This document shows, one piece after another, positions 1 through 12,529 of a stretch of 64,000 nt of DNA (positions are counted from its first letter, which is position 1; each line of letters opens with the position of its first letter). The notes beneath the pieces were generated by a model, which had not been told where the DNA came from, did not search any database, and saw only the letters and a list, made by a program, of their open reading frames with translations. The stretch is taken from contig NC_057730.1 in the NCBI RefSeq assembly GCF_004010195.1, positions 27,214,239 to 27,278,238 on the forward strand, given 5' to 3'. Position numbers and translations under genes: made by a program. This stretch comes from Chiloscyllium plagiosum (taxonomy: Eukaryota).

Positions 1-691
1 CCTGAATTCAAAGCTCGTAACCAGATTGCTGCAGGCTTTGAGTCAGCTCTCTTTTGGTGGGTAACAATTAATAAAAATGTAGATTGGATAAATTACATTT
101 TCTATTATCAACAGCGATTTATAAATTATACAAGAGGTGCGGTTAAAGGAATATCAGAACAGCTTGATGCGACAAGTAGGATGGCATGGGAAAACAGAAT
201 AGCCCTTGATATGATTTTAGCAGAAAAAGGGGGTGAGTGTGATGTTAGGAGGAAGCTGTTGTACCTTTATTCCTAATAACACTGCACCTAATGGCTCAAT
301 TACTCGGGCCTTAAGGGGATTGACTACCTTAGCAGAGGAACTGGCTGAGAATTCAGGAATAGACACATCTCTCACGGGATGACTTGAGTCATAGTTTGGA
401 AAATGGAAGGGGGTGGTGGTTTCTATCCTTACTTCCCTGATAGTAGTAGTTGGGGTATTGGTGGCCATTGGCTGTTGTATCATACCCTGTATACGAGGGC
501 TCACCCAAAGACTGATTGAAACAGCTTTGATGAAACAGATGCCCCTAAAAGGGAATCAGGCAGAGGAACTTTATTGGCTAAATAATGAGGAGATGAGTGA
601 GACCAAGATGGATGAAATCTCTGGAATGGTGCTTGCGAATTTCGGGGGGCAATGTTTAAAAGAAAAAAATGCAGAAGATAACAAATGGTAA
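1..691 (+). pseudogene. env: Endogenous retrovirus env, TM subunit (gamma-type Env, fish epsilon-like/class I ERV), 5'-truncated by the window edge and disrupted
   Basis: Frame from nt 1 reads PEFKARNQIAAGFESALFWWVTINKNVDWINYIFYYQQRFINYTRGAVKGISEQLDATSRMAWENRIALDMILAEKGG (immunosuppressive-domain-like). A frameshift near 235-243 leads into C-x6-CC (C.MLGGSCC) TFIPNNTAPNGSIT. Stops at 380-382 (TGA) and 392-394 (TAG) fall where Trp is expected (G*LES*FGKW). TM helix VVVSILTSLIVVVGVLVAIGCCIIPC follows; TAA at 689-691. Confidence 0.92.
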
Positions 692-692
692 C

Positions 693-710
693 AAAAGAAA
701 AAGGGGAAAT
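693..710 (+). promoter_or_regulatory. Polypurine tract of the ERV
   Basis: AAAAGAAAAAGGGGAAAT lies directly between the env stop and the TG that starts the LTR. Confidence 0.85.
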
Positions 711-1453
711 TGTGGGATATAGGTAAATTAATGTTACTTCTGCAGTTCTGCAATTCTGCAATTATAATTTCTGATACAAAGTAAATGAACTCACACCAGT
801 GTGTGGTTGTTTCGGCTGGGAGCTGAGTCAACAAGAATGGAAATTATGTGGAGGAAATATATAATTGTTTTTGTATTAGCTAAAATTGTCTGTCAGCATG
901 AAATGTGATTGCAAAACAATGGTAGATATTATGGGCAAATAGATAAGATGTTGTGAGGGGATGAAGTTAGGCCAGATACGCCTAGTAGGTATGAACATTT
1001 GTTTCCCACTTTTACAGAGACACAGGAACAAACCCTAATTAAAGAAGTCATAGAGATCAGAGTGGCTTCAGGAGAAGCCCAGATGGAAAGAGTAGATACT
1101 GATGAAGAAAGAATATGCCTAACAATGACCTGCAGTGGGATGAGGTCAAACAGCCTTGTGAGGCCAGAAAAAAGCATTTTGTCACAGACAAGGCCGGATA
1201 TGGCAAGAGATAAGCAGGAGTGGTGGGACGATTCTTAGGGAAGTGGAGGATGTAAACAGGGGGAGAAACAATGAAAGAAGAAAAAAATATGTAGGAACCA
1301 AATTATATAAATATCGAGTATTTGTTGAACTCAGTGTGTTTTGTCCCTGCCTTGTGGATATCACACCCATTTGCAAGTGTAAAATAAATGACACTACTGA
1401 TTCAGATCTTGTCTCGGACTGAAATTATTGAAGTGTGTGAGCATTGTTTCACA
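711..1453 (+). mobile_element. ERV 3' LTR (~740 bp)
   Basis: Starts TGTGGGA after the PPT and ends TTTCACA (imperfect inverted termini; end could be 1455). TATATAAA at 1304-1311 and AATAAA at 1383-1388. Unrelated CR1 sequence resumes right after. Confidence 0.8.
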
Positions 1454-1455
1454 CA

Positions 1456-1550
1456 CTAACCTTGCTAATCAGTCTCTCATGGGGAACCTTGTTGAAAGCC
1501 TTACTGAAATCCATATAGATCACGTCTACCACTCATCAATCCTCTTGGTC
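1456..1550 (-). mobile_element. CR1/HER1 LINE RT fragment, probable ERV integration site
   Basis: Minus strand reads VDVIYMDFSKAFNKVPHERLISKV, the CR1-clade RT motif. Confidence 0.8.
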
Positions 1551-2489
1551 CACTGTTACTTCAATAGCTGGTTTGAATTATGTTTGTAGTTCTCATATCA
1601 AAAAAAAGAATAAACTTACAATGTAAATAGGAGAATTACTTAACTGTGCAAGTAGTTCTGGGAGTGGGAATTGGTAAAACTCCTTTACAAATATAAATTT
1701 TTGATACGGGTTACAGAATCAATGTCTTGTCAAAGGTAGACAAATTTGTTGATGTTCCTGTTTGAAGCATGCCACGTTGCCACAGGAATAACTGTGGTGC
1801 TGCGGGGTTCTTTCGTTTAATTTACCTGTACGTTTTTGCAGTCAGTTTGCAGACTAATAATAAGGGGTCTTACATATTGATATGCCAATGAAAAGAAATT
1901 TCCTCTCTCAGTAGTCTTCAGTGTTTGGAATGGTCTTTCTCCTCGCCAAACCGTGGAGTCTTGAATACATAGAGAGGAATTAAGGGTTATGGGTGGGGGG
2001 TAGGAAAGTGAAATAAGGGTCTCAATCAGATCAGCCATGGTCTGACTGAATTATAGAGCAAGCTGAAGGGGCCACATGCCATACTCCTGCACTGCCCTCC
2101 AAAGTGCTTATATTACAGAAGCAAGCAATTCTGTTGGGGGAAGCAGACAGAGGCAGGTGCAGCTTTGCTTTGGTACAAACTACATTACACAATACTGAGA
2201 GCGCTAATCGGAAGTATTGGTCAGAGAAGAGGATTTTTGTGGAACTGAGTACCTAATGCATGCCATTATGAAATAGAATATTAAATTTAATAATACTGAC
2301 TTTGCTTAGTTTATTTTTATTATATGCAGTGAAGTTTGTTTTTATTTAAAAATGTGAAATCTTACTGGGTAATTCTTAATTGTTGGATGAGTATGTTTGT
2401 TTTTAAATGTTAACGAACCCTAAAAGGATTCCAAAACCGATGTATTGACCAGTGACCACAGTGATCAGAGGCTTTTTTTGTGAAAAAAA

Positions 2490-3130
2490 ACTTGCCTCAG
2501 GCTCTTTCCAAGCTGTAGAAGGTGCCGTCAGTCACATGAGTCAGTCAGCAATCCATGCCTGCGTCAAACAGGCCACTTGGTAGTCTCTTTGCTAAGTCCA
2601 ACCATTTTTATCAAATTCCTCATGGACCACAGCAGCCAGCAAGCAACAGCTGTAGGTTTTGCTGCCACTGCAGGCTTCCCACAGGCTCAGACTGTGATTG
2701 ACAGCACCCATATATCCGCAAGGAAGTCTCCCAACCTGCCACAGTTTAAACAAATAAGAAACGCTCCCATTCCATCACTGTTCAGCTGCTGAGCAATCAC
2801 CACCAGGGAATTATACAGGTCCGTGCCTGACCTTTTTGGCAGCTGTCACAACATATACATACTTTGCCTGTCCAGCATTTCTCCGCTATTTGATCCAGCT
2901 CAAGCCATCACAAACTTTCATACATCGATTACCAATTATACTTGTGGCTTATGATACTTCCACACTACTTACGTTCATCCTCAAAAGAAAGATATAAGAA
3001 CACAAGAGCTATCGCAAAGCAGTCCATCAAAGTGTCTAACAGTGATACTGCTGTCTGGAGCGCTCATCCCAATAGTTCACCAAGATTATTCTGAATTGCA
3101 GCTGTCTGAGTTCTGCAGAACTTTACAATG
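2490..3130 (+). mobile_element. Decayed PIF/Harbinger (HARBI1-like) transposase
   Basis: Across frameshifts: ASGSFQ...SQSAIHACVKQ, GFAATAGFPQAQTVIDSTHI (cf. GFPxVxGAIDCTH), KRSHSITVQLL (cf. RKGxHSxNVQ), GSCHNIYIL (cf. PGSxHD). Confidence 0.8.
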
Positions 3131-3164
3131 CATTGGAGACAACATACTGAGCCTGAATGTATTG

Positions 3165-3530
3165 ACAAAGATTTGATTTTATTGTTGCATGTACCTAAGT
3201 ACAGTGAAAAGTTCTGTTTTGCTGCAGTACAGGCAGATCATAACCTACATAGATCAGATGATTGAACAGAACAAAGTATACAAAGTTACAGCTGCAAGGA
3301 ATGTGCACAAAAAGCAAGATCAACATTAGATTTAAAGTTTGAGAGGACCATTCAGAAGCCTAACAACAGTGAGGAAGAAACTGTTCTTGAACCTGTTGGT
3401 ATGAGTGCTTACGCTTTTGTATCTTCTGCCTAAGGCAAGATATTGGGAGAGATTATTATAATCGAGGCGGGCGGGGTATTTGATGTCGGCTGTCTTCTCA
3501 TGGTAATGAGAAGTGTAAATGAATGTCAAC
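3165..3530 (-). mobile_element. Rex1/Babar-type LINE 3' end
   Basis: Minus ORF ends GRRYKSVSTHTNRFKNSFFLTVVRLLN, typical of the C-terminus of this clade, followed by an AATAAA-containing tail. Confidence 0.7.
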
Positions 3531-3899
3531 AATGGTGCAGAGAGAGAAGAAGCAGGAGGTTGTTAGTGACAGTTTGCAGCCAGAGTTATTGACCAATCAA
3601 CAGACCACCTCATTCCCAAGAGCATACAAATTACAATCCTTTGGTTCCTTGGCTCTTCTGTCAAATCAAGGCTGAGTCCTTCTTCACAGGGTGCATCTAG
3701 GAAGCACACAGAGTATCACTGCATTTGGTAGCACCTATTCTGCCTCACCATTGGCTTGCTGAGGTACCCGAAACCAAACATTCAGCATCTCAATTATCCT
3801 CTCCAACCACCTATCAGTTATTTGTACAAGAGTAGTTTTGTAATGCAGAGCTTTGGTCACATGTAAAAAGTAAATATTTGGCCAAAATGAATATGGATC

Positions 3900-5620
3900 C
3901 ATCACATGCAGAGGCAGGAGAATTTATTCTTGGGAATAGAAAAATTGCACAGAAGCTAAGTGATTACAGGACTTGAGATCCAAGTGGCTAAGCAGAAGTG
4001 GGTATTGCAGATGCTGGAGATTATAGTCAAGATTAGAGGGGCACTGAAAAAGCACAGCAGGTCAGGCAGCATCAGAGGAGCAGGAAAATCTATGTTTCAG
4101 GCAAAAGTCCTTCATCAGGAATCCAAGTGCCTAAACTGAGTGAAGCATGGAAGGAAATTAGTATTAGCAAGAAGATTGTGAGGGGAGAATTAACTAAATT
4201 AACTATTGGAAAAAAAATGCTAAGTTGGCAGACCTGATATTCTACTTTAAAATGTTGCAAGGGGAAGCTATTGGTAGTCAACACATTGGTGATTATCTTC
4301 CCAAATACCCTAGAATATTGAATGAGCCTTTGGATTGAAAGGTAGAAAAATGTTGCCCCATTATTTAAGGGAGCAAGAGAAAACAGAACTTGTGATAAGT
4401 ATCCACCTGTATAATAATGATCTGATTGGGAGTAGTCATCATGGATTTGTGAATGGGAAATCACACTTTACTAACATTATGGAGTTGAATTATAAACAAA
4501 ATTGATGGAGAGCTGATGAATATATTATACCTAGATTTTCAAAAGGCTTTTGACAAAGTCGCTTACATGAGGTTGATTAGAAAAATTAAAGCACAAAGGA
4601 TAGGAGGTGAGGTACAGCATGCATTAATGATTGGCTAACAGACAATAGTCAGTAGGAATAAGTCAGTGATTAATGGGGTACTATAGCTTGAATTCCAACT
4701 GTTCAAAGTATGCCAATGGTTTGGAGCTGGGGAGCAAATATATTTGCAAATCTGTGCATGGCACAAGTGGGATCATATGTTATAAGGAAGATGTAAAGCA
4801 GCTTGAAGAGAATTTGTACAGGCTTAGTGAATGGATAAGAATATGGCGGATAGAATTTAAGAACCTATTTCTCCTACCAATGTTAGTAACCTCGCACGTT
4901 TCCATCTTATATTCGAAGAGATTGGAAAGTATTGATATACAAACCAACGTCGGTGCCCTTGATCATTGCTCACTGAAAGTTAATATACCAGTGCAATGAG
5001 CTATTAGGAAGGTTAACAAAAGGTAGTGCTTATTGCAAGAGGATTTGAGTTGAAGACTATTAAAGGTTTGCTTCAATTGCATAAGAGCTTGGTTAGTCCA
5101 CACCTAAAGTACAGTCTCTTTGGTTCAGAGTAGACATTAATGCTACGGAGGGAGTGCAACAAGACTTTGTGGGAAGGAGGGACTGTCCTGTGAAGAGAAT
5201 GATTAATTGTGCAAACTGGGCCTGTAGTGTCTGGAGTTTTGAAAAATGAGAAATCTCAGTGAAAATGACAAAGTGCTGAAAGGAATCATCAGTATATTTA
5301 CAGGAAAGATGTTTCTGCTGGTCAGGGAGTCGAAAATCAGAGGTCACAATTTATAAATACGGAAGATGCTACTTAGGTCTAAGATTAGAAAAAATTGTTT
5401 TACTCAGAGGGTTGTGAACCTTTCAAATTCTCTACCACAGAAGGCATGGAAGCTTAGTACTTGATTACATTTAAGTTAAAACTGATAGATTTCTGGTTGA
5501 GTGGTGTAAAGGATTATGAAGATGGAGTGAATAAAAGACATTGAAGTGCTCTATCAACCATGATGACATTGAATGGCAGGACAGAATTTAAGGCTGAATA
5601 GCCTATACCTGTTGCTATAT
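3900..5620 (+). mobile_element. Old CR1-clade LINE (RT to 3' end), interrupted at ~3995-4122 by a Penelope-derived element
   Basis: IIYLDFQKAFDKV near 4525-4560, then degenerate CR1 ORF2 C-terminal and 3' UTR motifs (TTTACTCAGAGGGTTGTGAA; TTGAATGGC...GGCTGAATAGCCTA). Confidence 0.75.
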
Positions 5621-7490
5621 TCCAATGTCATCAATGACAGCTTCAGGTGTTAGGTCATGTCTTCCAGTAGTTTTTTTTTTGCCCGTCTTTGTGGAATTAA
5701 TCAGAGATTCCATGGTGGAAGAAAGTAAATGTGCAGCAGCTTCTCTGATGCTCTACTCCTTGAAGGACCCTTTGCTGTGCAATCAGGCAGGATTTATAAT
5801 TAGCAAGGGGAACCCCTTGTGGGCAAATCTAACAAAGTCAATGAGTGCTGCCTTCAATGCCATGTGGAGAGCCCTGTCCCTCATGCCTATTGACTTCAGT
5901 TTATTCAGATTCCTTAAAATTACTAATACAATAGCAAAATACTGCTGATGCGCACAGTATGGATTAAAAACAGAAGATTCTGGATCTATCCAGCTCATCA
6001 GGCAGCATCAGTGGGAGGGAAAATAAACAAAACCAAGTTAACACTTCAGGTCATTGATCTTTTCAGAACTTCCATCAGTTAACTCTTTCTCTTTCCACAG
6101 ATGCTGCCTGAATACCTTCTGCATTGTTTTGTTTTTAGTATTCCTTGCTGCTACACCTGGTCAAATGTTGACCAGGCAGTCTTTCTCACCTCCCCTCTTA
6201 AATACAGCTCTTGTTCTTGTTTGGACCTTTTTCACCAGACCTGACATCTAGTCTACATTCCCCGATTTGTCTCCGAACGTGGCCTTTACCTGTTTCAAGA
6301 AAGTTGTACTGTTAAGCAGCCTATCTGCACATCTAAAGCTGTTCTGGTATTTGTTCCCTGGACACTTGTATGGATGGTATTAACAACTGAGGTACAGTTT
6401 CCAACCATTGTGTCTCATGTGTTGTGTGCAGGCCATTGCTGTCCTCTGAGCTTCCGAACATATTGAAAGGAATGGCAGCCACAAGTGTTTTCACTTTAGT
6501 CACAGGGCTCTCCATTGCAAAGTAAAGGTTTCAATAAATAAAGGAATACAATCACAATTCAGATCAATTGTGGAAACCACTGCAGAAATGTAGCACCACG
6601 GCAATAATGATCCTCCCAGGCCGAAAATCAAACGAGAGCCATAAATCACTTCATTTGCAAGGGACTGAGGATCCATCTGAACCATTATTTGTCAGTGTAG
6701 CTGGTTTCAATGCTGGCTGACACTGACCTAAATCCAGAAAATTTGTCATCACGGTACCTTGGACAGAAGGGTGGAGGTACGATAGTTGAATTTGCTGAAC
6801 ATTGCAGTGGCCCAGAATCACAGGAGTTTTTCTGGACCTGTGACATTTGACCCTACACCTGTGGTGCAAAGTCCCAGTAAAATCCTGACCATTCCTCTAA
6901 TATAGGTTTGTGTCTGCACTTTCAATTGAGAAATATCTCTGGTCCAGACTGCAAATGTGTTGTACAGTTTCCAATAGAAATTGTACTCAAGTCCTGATGT
7001 TAATGTCTTGACAGCCTTGGACAGATATCCTGTTGCCTGTTTCGGAGAGTGAGTTAATATGCAAACTGGTTACCTTCTAGCATTCTAGGTCTGGCAGTAT
7101 CTTGGATGATAGGAGTTAATTTCCATCAGTCACTTCCCAACTCGTAAAAGATGGCAGGCCGGAGAACACTTTTCTTTGTTTCCATTTTAAATTAATGACA
7201 AGAAAACTGAATCCTATTGAACAAGTCTCTAAATACTGGGAGTGGTGATTAAACTTGCACTAGCATGTTTTCCAGACCTCATCTGCCAAAGCACCCCAAA
7301 CTGAGTGGTGATATTTAAATGTAGTGGTGACAGTCTGCCAAGCTTTTCACAGAGAATCTTGGCCAATCATCATTGAGGCGGGAAAGGTAAAAGCCATTAG
7401 GCTGTAGAACACACTCATAGCAGTGATCAGAACAACTAACTTTATTGCTGGAACAGCACAGCAGGTCAGGCAGCATCCAGGGAACAGGAG

Positions 7491-7526
7491 ATTCGACGTT
7501 TCGGGCACAGGCCCTTCTTCAGGAAT
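7491..7526 (-). ncRNA. Minimal type I hammerhead ribozyme motif (Penelope pLTR), minus copy
   Basis: Reverse complement is ATTC-CTGAAGA-A-GGGC-CTGT-GCCC-GAAA-CGTC-GAAT. Confidence 0.75.
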
Positions 7527-8073
7527 GAGCAGAGAGTGTTCAGCAGGAGAAGATAAAAGGTAGGGAGGAGGGACTTGGAGGAGGGGCGTTGGAAATGTGA
7601 TAGGTGGAAAGAGGTCAAGGTGAGGGTGATAGGTCGGAGTAGGATGGAGGCGGAGAGGACAAGAAGAAGACTGCAGGACAGGAAGGCGGTGCCGGGCGGG
7701 AGGGACCCGGCTGAGACAAGGTGGGGGGAGGGGGGATGAAAAAACTCATCACCCCAGGGGACCTCCCATCCACCGCCTCCAACCTCATAGTCCCACAACC
7801 CCGATGCTGCCTGACCTGCTGTGCTGTTCCAGCAATAAAGTTTCAACTTTGATCTCCAGCATCTGCAGATCTCACTTTCTCCTCGAAGATTTCAACCTAC
7901 TGCGAATCCTCTTACAAGGATGCCTTCCTTGAAGAAGCTCTCTGCCTCTCTCTACAAAGATTTCAGTGAGTCCCTCTCTCACTGCACACCCCAGGCCTAT
8001 CACATTTCCAACGCCCCTCCTCCAAGTCCCTCCTCCCTACCTTTTATCTTCTCCTGCTGAACACTCTCTGCTC

Positions 8074-8109
8074 ATTCCTGAAGAAGGGCCTGTGCCCGAA
8101 ACGTCGAAT
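8074..8109 (+). ncRNA. Minimal type I hammerhead ribozyme motif (Penelope pLTR), plus copy
   Basis: Stem I ATTC/GAAT, core CUGAAGA (8078-8084), stem II GGGC/GCCC, GAAA (8098-8101), palindromic stem III ACGU, predicted GUC cleavage after 8105. Confidence 0.8.
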
Positions 8110-8229
8110 CTCCTGTTCCCTGGATGCTGCCTGACCTGCTGTGCTGTTCCAGCAATAAAGTTTCAACTTTGATCTCCAGCATCTGCAGACCTCACTTTCT
8201 CCTCAGAACAACTAACGGCTATTTTGAGA

Positions 8230-10660
8230 TTCTGGAAACCAATGAGAAATGCACAACACTATGGAGAATATCCTTTGTCCATCCAAGACTCTGGATTTTC
8301 TGGAAATCCACAACAAAACATTGAACTGGAGAAACTGGCATCATGGATACATTTGATGTTGGACTCCCTCCAGCTTCAGGAAGTCAGGAAACAATCAGTT
8401 CAGTCAGTTCCTGTATACAATCGGCAGCTGTGGCGACATGTTAAGAAGGCAAGGAGTTGATAAAGGAACTGCTCAATTTGAACAGGTTATTAAAACCTTC
8501 AATTCTTCATTCAAATTTTAAAGGGAGGCTCTCAGACTGGGGAAAGCTCTGTATAGATACCTAGGACTTTGCAGCAAATTTCTTTCCTCTGTTAATTCTT
8601 TCCATTAGCAGCTTGTAAGCATGGAAATGGCAGACCGTCAATGACAGAGCAGACTGGAAGACAGAAGGCATGGTTGCCACCTGAATCAATATTTCCACTT
8701 TGGGGGTAAATATCACATCATTGCAAGTTTACCCAGCCATTCATGCAAAGTGCCACTTCTGCCACAGGAGGGGCTATTTCCAAATAGTATGCTACGATAT
8801 ATAGCTTTCACCTCCAACTTGAAAACTTGAGGTTACAGGACCCTAAGGGCAAGTTTAGATTGTCAATATATTTTTCAGTAGCCACAATATTTTAAGTTGG
8901 ACACAGGAATAACTATCTCTATTCGTTCAGATACTACCATAGTTGTAGCCTGAATTTTGCCAGCATTCACACTTGGATTCCATGCTCCAGGGGGCATGGA
9001 ATCACTAGAAGTGCAAAGCCTGATGGTTTGAGAGAAATTTCGGAAGTCCTTTATGCCATCGACAATCGGAAGTTGTTGCTGAGCCATGGAGTCTGCTCAG
9101 ACTGAGGCCCTATCTGACAAGTGATGAGCTGAAGCAGCAAGATCAGGCAAACAAGTTTAAGAGGCAATTTCCAAAACTATCACAACATTGGCAAAGTTGC
9201 AAACAGCTTACCATATCCTTCTAAAACCAACTGTCAAGTGGGTGTCAAGGTGTGGCACTGGAAAAGCACAGCAGCTCGGATAGTTTTGGGCAGAAACCCT
9301 TCATCATGAATGTCAAGTGGGTGTGTCACTCATGCCAAGAAAGGTACTATACCCTTTCTTTCAGATGAGAGGAAGGAGATTGATGTCATCTATACTGCAC
9401 CAGATGGTGAAATCTCCAGTGAGCCAGCCCACTTCTTGGTGCTGTGTCTTACGTACCCCTAACAGTTCCTTACGCATTTGTTAAATCTCTCACAACAAGT
9501 TCAACCAAGCTGTGGGAGTAAAAAATTCAGCTCATGATATCTGTCAACAAGAAAATGGCTGAAGCTCACAGGGAGCTCAGTCTTCACAAAATTGGATGCA
9601 AATAATGGCTTTTGACAGTATCCCCACTAAATGATAGGTCAGAACAGTTAATCGCATTTACTATTCCCGTCAAAAGGTACAGTTTTAATTGTCTACTTAG
9701 AATTGCCTCATCACCTAACACTCTTCAATGAACCATGTCTAATATTCCAGTGGGGCCTGATAGATCTTCCACATGGATGTTCTTGTTCAATATATCACCA
9801 TTGTGAAGCATGATGCAAAATACACCTCTCTCATTCAGCCACACATATGGGATCTCTGAGCCAGGCATCAATGACTAAACTATATTGTTGATGCATCTCG
9901 GATCATGATAAATCCTTAAACAAAGTCAGCAGCAACCCAGAATTTTCTCCTGCCCAATATAGTCAACAAAATCCAACACTCTGCAATTGTATCTGGGCAA
10001 GGTCCAAAGAGCATTGCACACATCAATGCACCACTGCAGTGGCTTCTTAAAGACAATCAGGCTTGATACTGGGACACACCTACCAATCACAGACTTTCAA
10101 TCTGCTTGAAACCTGCTTCTATCTACCCACACCCTGTCCTCTTGCAATCCAGAGATTCCCATCATTGCAGCTGTGCAGCCGCCATTGGCTTAGAAGCCGC
10201 CATTGGATTTGTTTTCGATCTAATATAATACTTACTGGTGACTGGTTAAGATATCAGGAAAGAGGTTCAGGCAGTCACCTGGACAAGTAAAAATGTTCTT
10301 CAACTATATTCTAGTCCTTCAAGTTCACAATCCAGATCAAAATTAAGTCATTGACTCTCTCAAGCAACAAAAAGAAGGTCAAGATGTCAGCTCCAATCCA
10401 ACAATTCTGAAACCTTCCCTGATTGTCATTGAATATTGTTTCCAGTAGTTGGAAGTCAATTGTCGACACTGGCCCATCTCTACGGTAGTTATCACTAGGT
10501 TCAAAGAGATTTTGTCATGCATAGGATCTGAGCTGGGCATCTCTGGCAATGGCCTGAAGTTCATGAAAGAGTGCTTCACTGAATCATACATTTTTGTACA
10601 CATTACCATTTCATCTCAATATCCTGTAGCTCCAAGTTGTTTTGGGATGGAATGCTGTGT
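8230..10660 (+). mobile_element. Decayed Ty3/Gypsy LTR retrotransposon internal region (gag-PR-RT-RH-IN)
   Basis: Zinc knuckle PAIHAKCHFCHRRGYFQIVC (8733-8792), protease FKLDTG (8891-8908), RT-like RYSFNCL.RIASSP..LQ.TM and HMDVLV (~9670-9790), integrase VITRFKEILSCIG...SGNGLKF...HITISSQYP (10449-10625). Domain order is Gypsy-type. Confidence 0.85.
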
Positions 10661-12529
10661 GGAATGCAGCATGCAACAATGATCTGAGGGTCTAGCTAAT
10701 GAATACATAAATGTATGTCCAAATCTGACAGGGCATAAGTTTTATGGCAGCGTGGAAAAGTACTTTTCTGGAGCAGGTGAAGAACTTCCTATGCCTTGTG
10801 ATAACACAGTGTGTGTTTGGTGTATTGTTTCTTTGCTGAAGGAAGGAATTACTGTGAGGTATGGTTTGGAAGGGAAATACCTCATCCCTAAGCAGATATT
10901 GAGTCAGTTGATGCTAGGCTGAGGAGATATTTATTTGTTGTAATGTGAACCTGTCCTCAATTTTATAGCACCTGCTTTGGATCTGTGCCTTTTCTTCTTT
11001 CCAACCTTTACTCTTTGTTTTTTGTTCTCCAATCTCCCTTAATATTTCCTTGACTTGTCCTTCTGATCGACCTTCCCTTCCCCACTTCGCAACACCATCA
11101 AACTAGGATCTTTCCACCTCTCATCTGATCCAAAAAGATACATTGGACTCAAAATGTTCATCCTGTTTATCTCTCCACAGATGTCTCCAAACCTGAGTTT
11201 CTCCAGCACTTTGTTTTTTTATTTCAACTCTCCAGCACTGATAATGTTTTGCTTTTTATTATTGAGACACAATATTTGGCTAGATAAAACGAGAACAACT
11301 GACTTTTAATGCCAATGTGAGGCATTGTAAGCTGAATGGTTCAGAAAGCAGCTGGATGTAGATTGGTAACAGCTCTCCTCTTACTGAAGAAGCAGCACAG
11401 GGGATTGATACATGACTGGGTGGCGGTCATGATGGAAGGGTGCATGCAGAGTGGAGAGATGAAAGGGTATAAGATGGAACATAAGGTTGACTTTAAAACA
11501 CGGTCCACACAGTGGATTTCCTCTGAATTTAAGACTGAGTGACACAGATGGCTATAAAAAAAATTGAAATAACACCAACAATAAAAGCCCTTTAAGAATG
11601 TTGGCTCTTAATACAGTATCATCAAGTTAATGAGGCCTTGGGGACACCTTGTGATTTTGGCATACTTTTTCATCTGAATAAGGGACTTAAATAACAATCA
11701 GAGTTATAATGGAATGGCCAGATCAGACAAGTTATATATTCAGCAAGGGGAAACAGCAGATTTATTCCATTATTTTCTGCATAACAGTTGCTAAGAGATG
11801 TGGTGGTGACCCATAATGTTTTCTGCCTTCACAAATAGCTTCTAACCTTATACCTCATTGAACCAAATACTGAAATAAATATCTAGATGGGAACAAATTG
11901 GACAATAATGAAGACTGCCTAATGTGAACTGTTTTCTCATCCTTACTGTCTTTTCCTATTCATCAAACATATTCTCAGAAGAGACTCTTTGCTTATGTTT
12001 TAGGCTGATATTGAAGTAAATAAATTTTAACTCTGGAAGGAAGCTTTGCTGTTTCTCTATGTACATTTTCAGCATGAAAGATAAGATTGTACACTATCCT
12101 TCTGGATGCTGTTTCAAAAACACGGTCCACAACTGAGGTGTTTGCCTGCAAACTATTAGTGGTTCCCCTTGCCTTGCTATCTATTTTTATATTAAAGGGA
12201 ATGACATTGAAGAAGTATTTCAATACCAACTCCCCCTTTGCCCCACGACACCCACTACTCCCCTCAACACCCAATTTCCTGCTGACAGTTAGGTAAGGTG
12301 AGAGGGGCTAGCCTTAAGGCAGCAGTTGACAGTGTGTTCCTTCAAGGAGTATGAGTAAAATTGAAGTTAAAGGCAACTAGGGGAGAAATCCCTCACTAGC
12401 TGCAGTCCTACCTGCCCAAAGGAAACTGTGCTTGTTTCAACCCATTTACATCAACCCCAGGATCACCGAGTTCCTTCAAACAGTACTTTGGTCCAACTCA
12501 CTTATTCATTCATGACTCTTCCTCCATTT

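Larger units (their letters stand above)
7427..8216. mobile_element. Young rearranged Penelope-like element with inverted pLTR arms and a 14-bp TSD
   Basis: TCAGAACAACTAAC is duplicated at 7427-7440 and 8203-8216. Arms 7438-7604 and 7996-8162 are exact reverse complements. Internal ORF scraps LITPGDLPSTASNLIVPQP and MPSLKKLSASLYKDFSESLSHCTP. Confidence 0.85.

Noticed and set aside
999-1238. 79-aa ORF that could be a retroviral accessory gene
   Set aside because: Lies inside the purine-rich LTR U3, has a non-ATG start and shows no recognisable motif.
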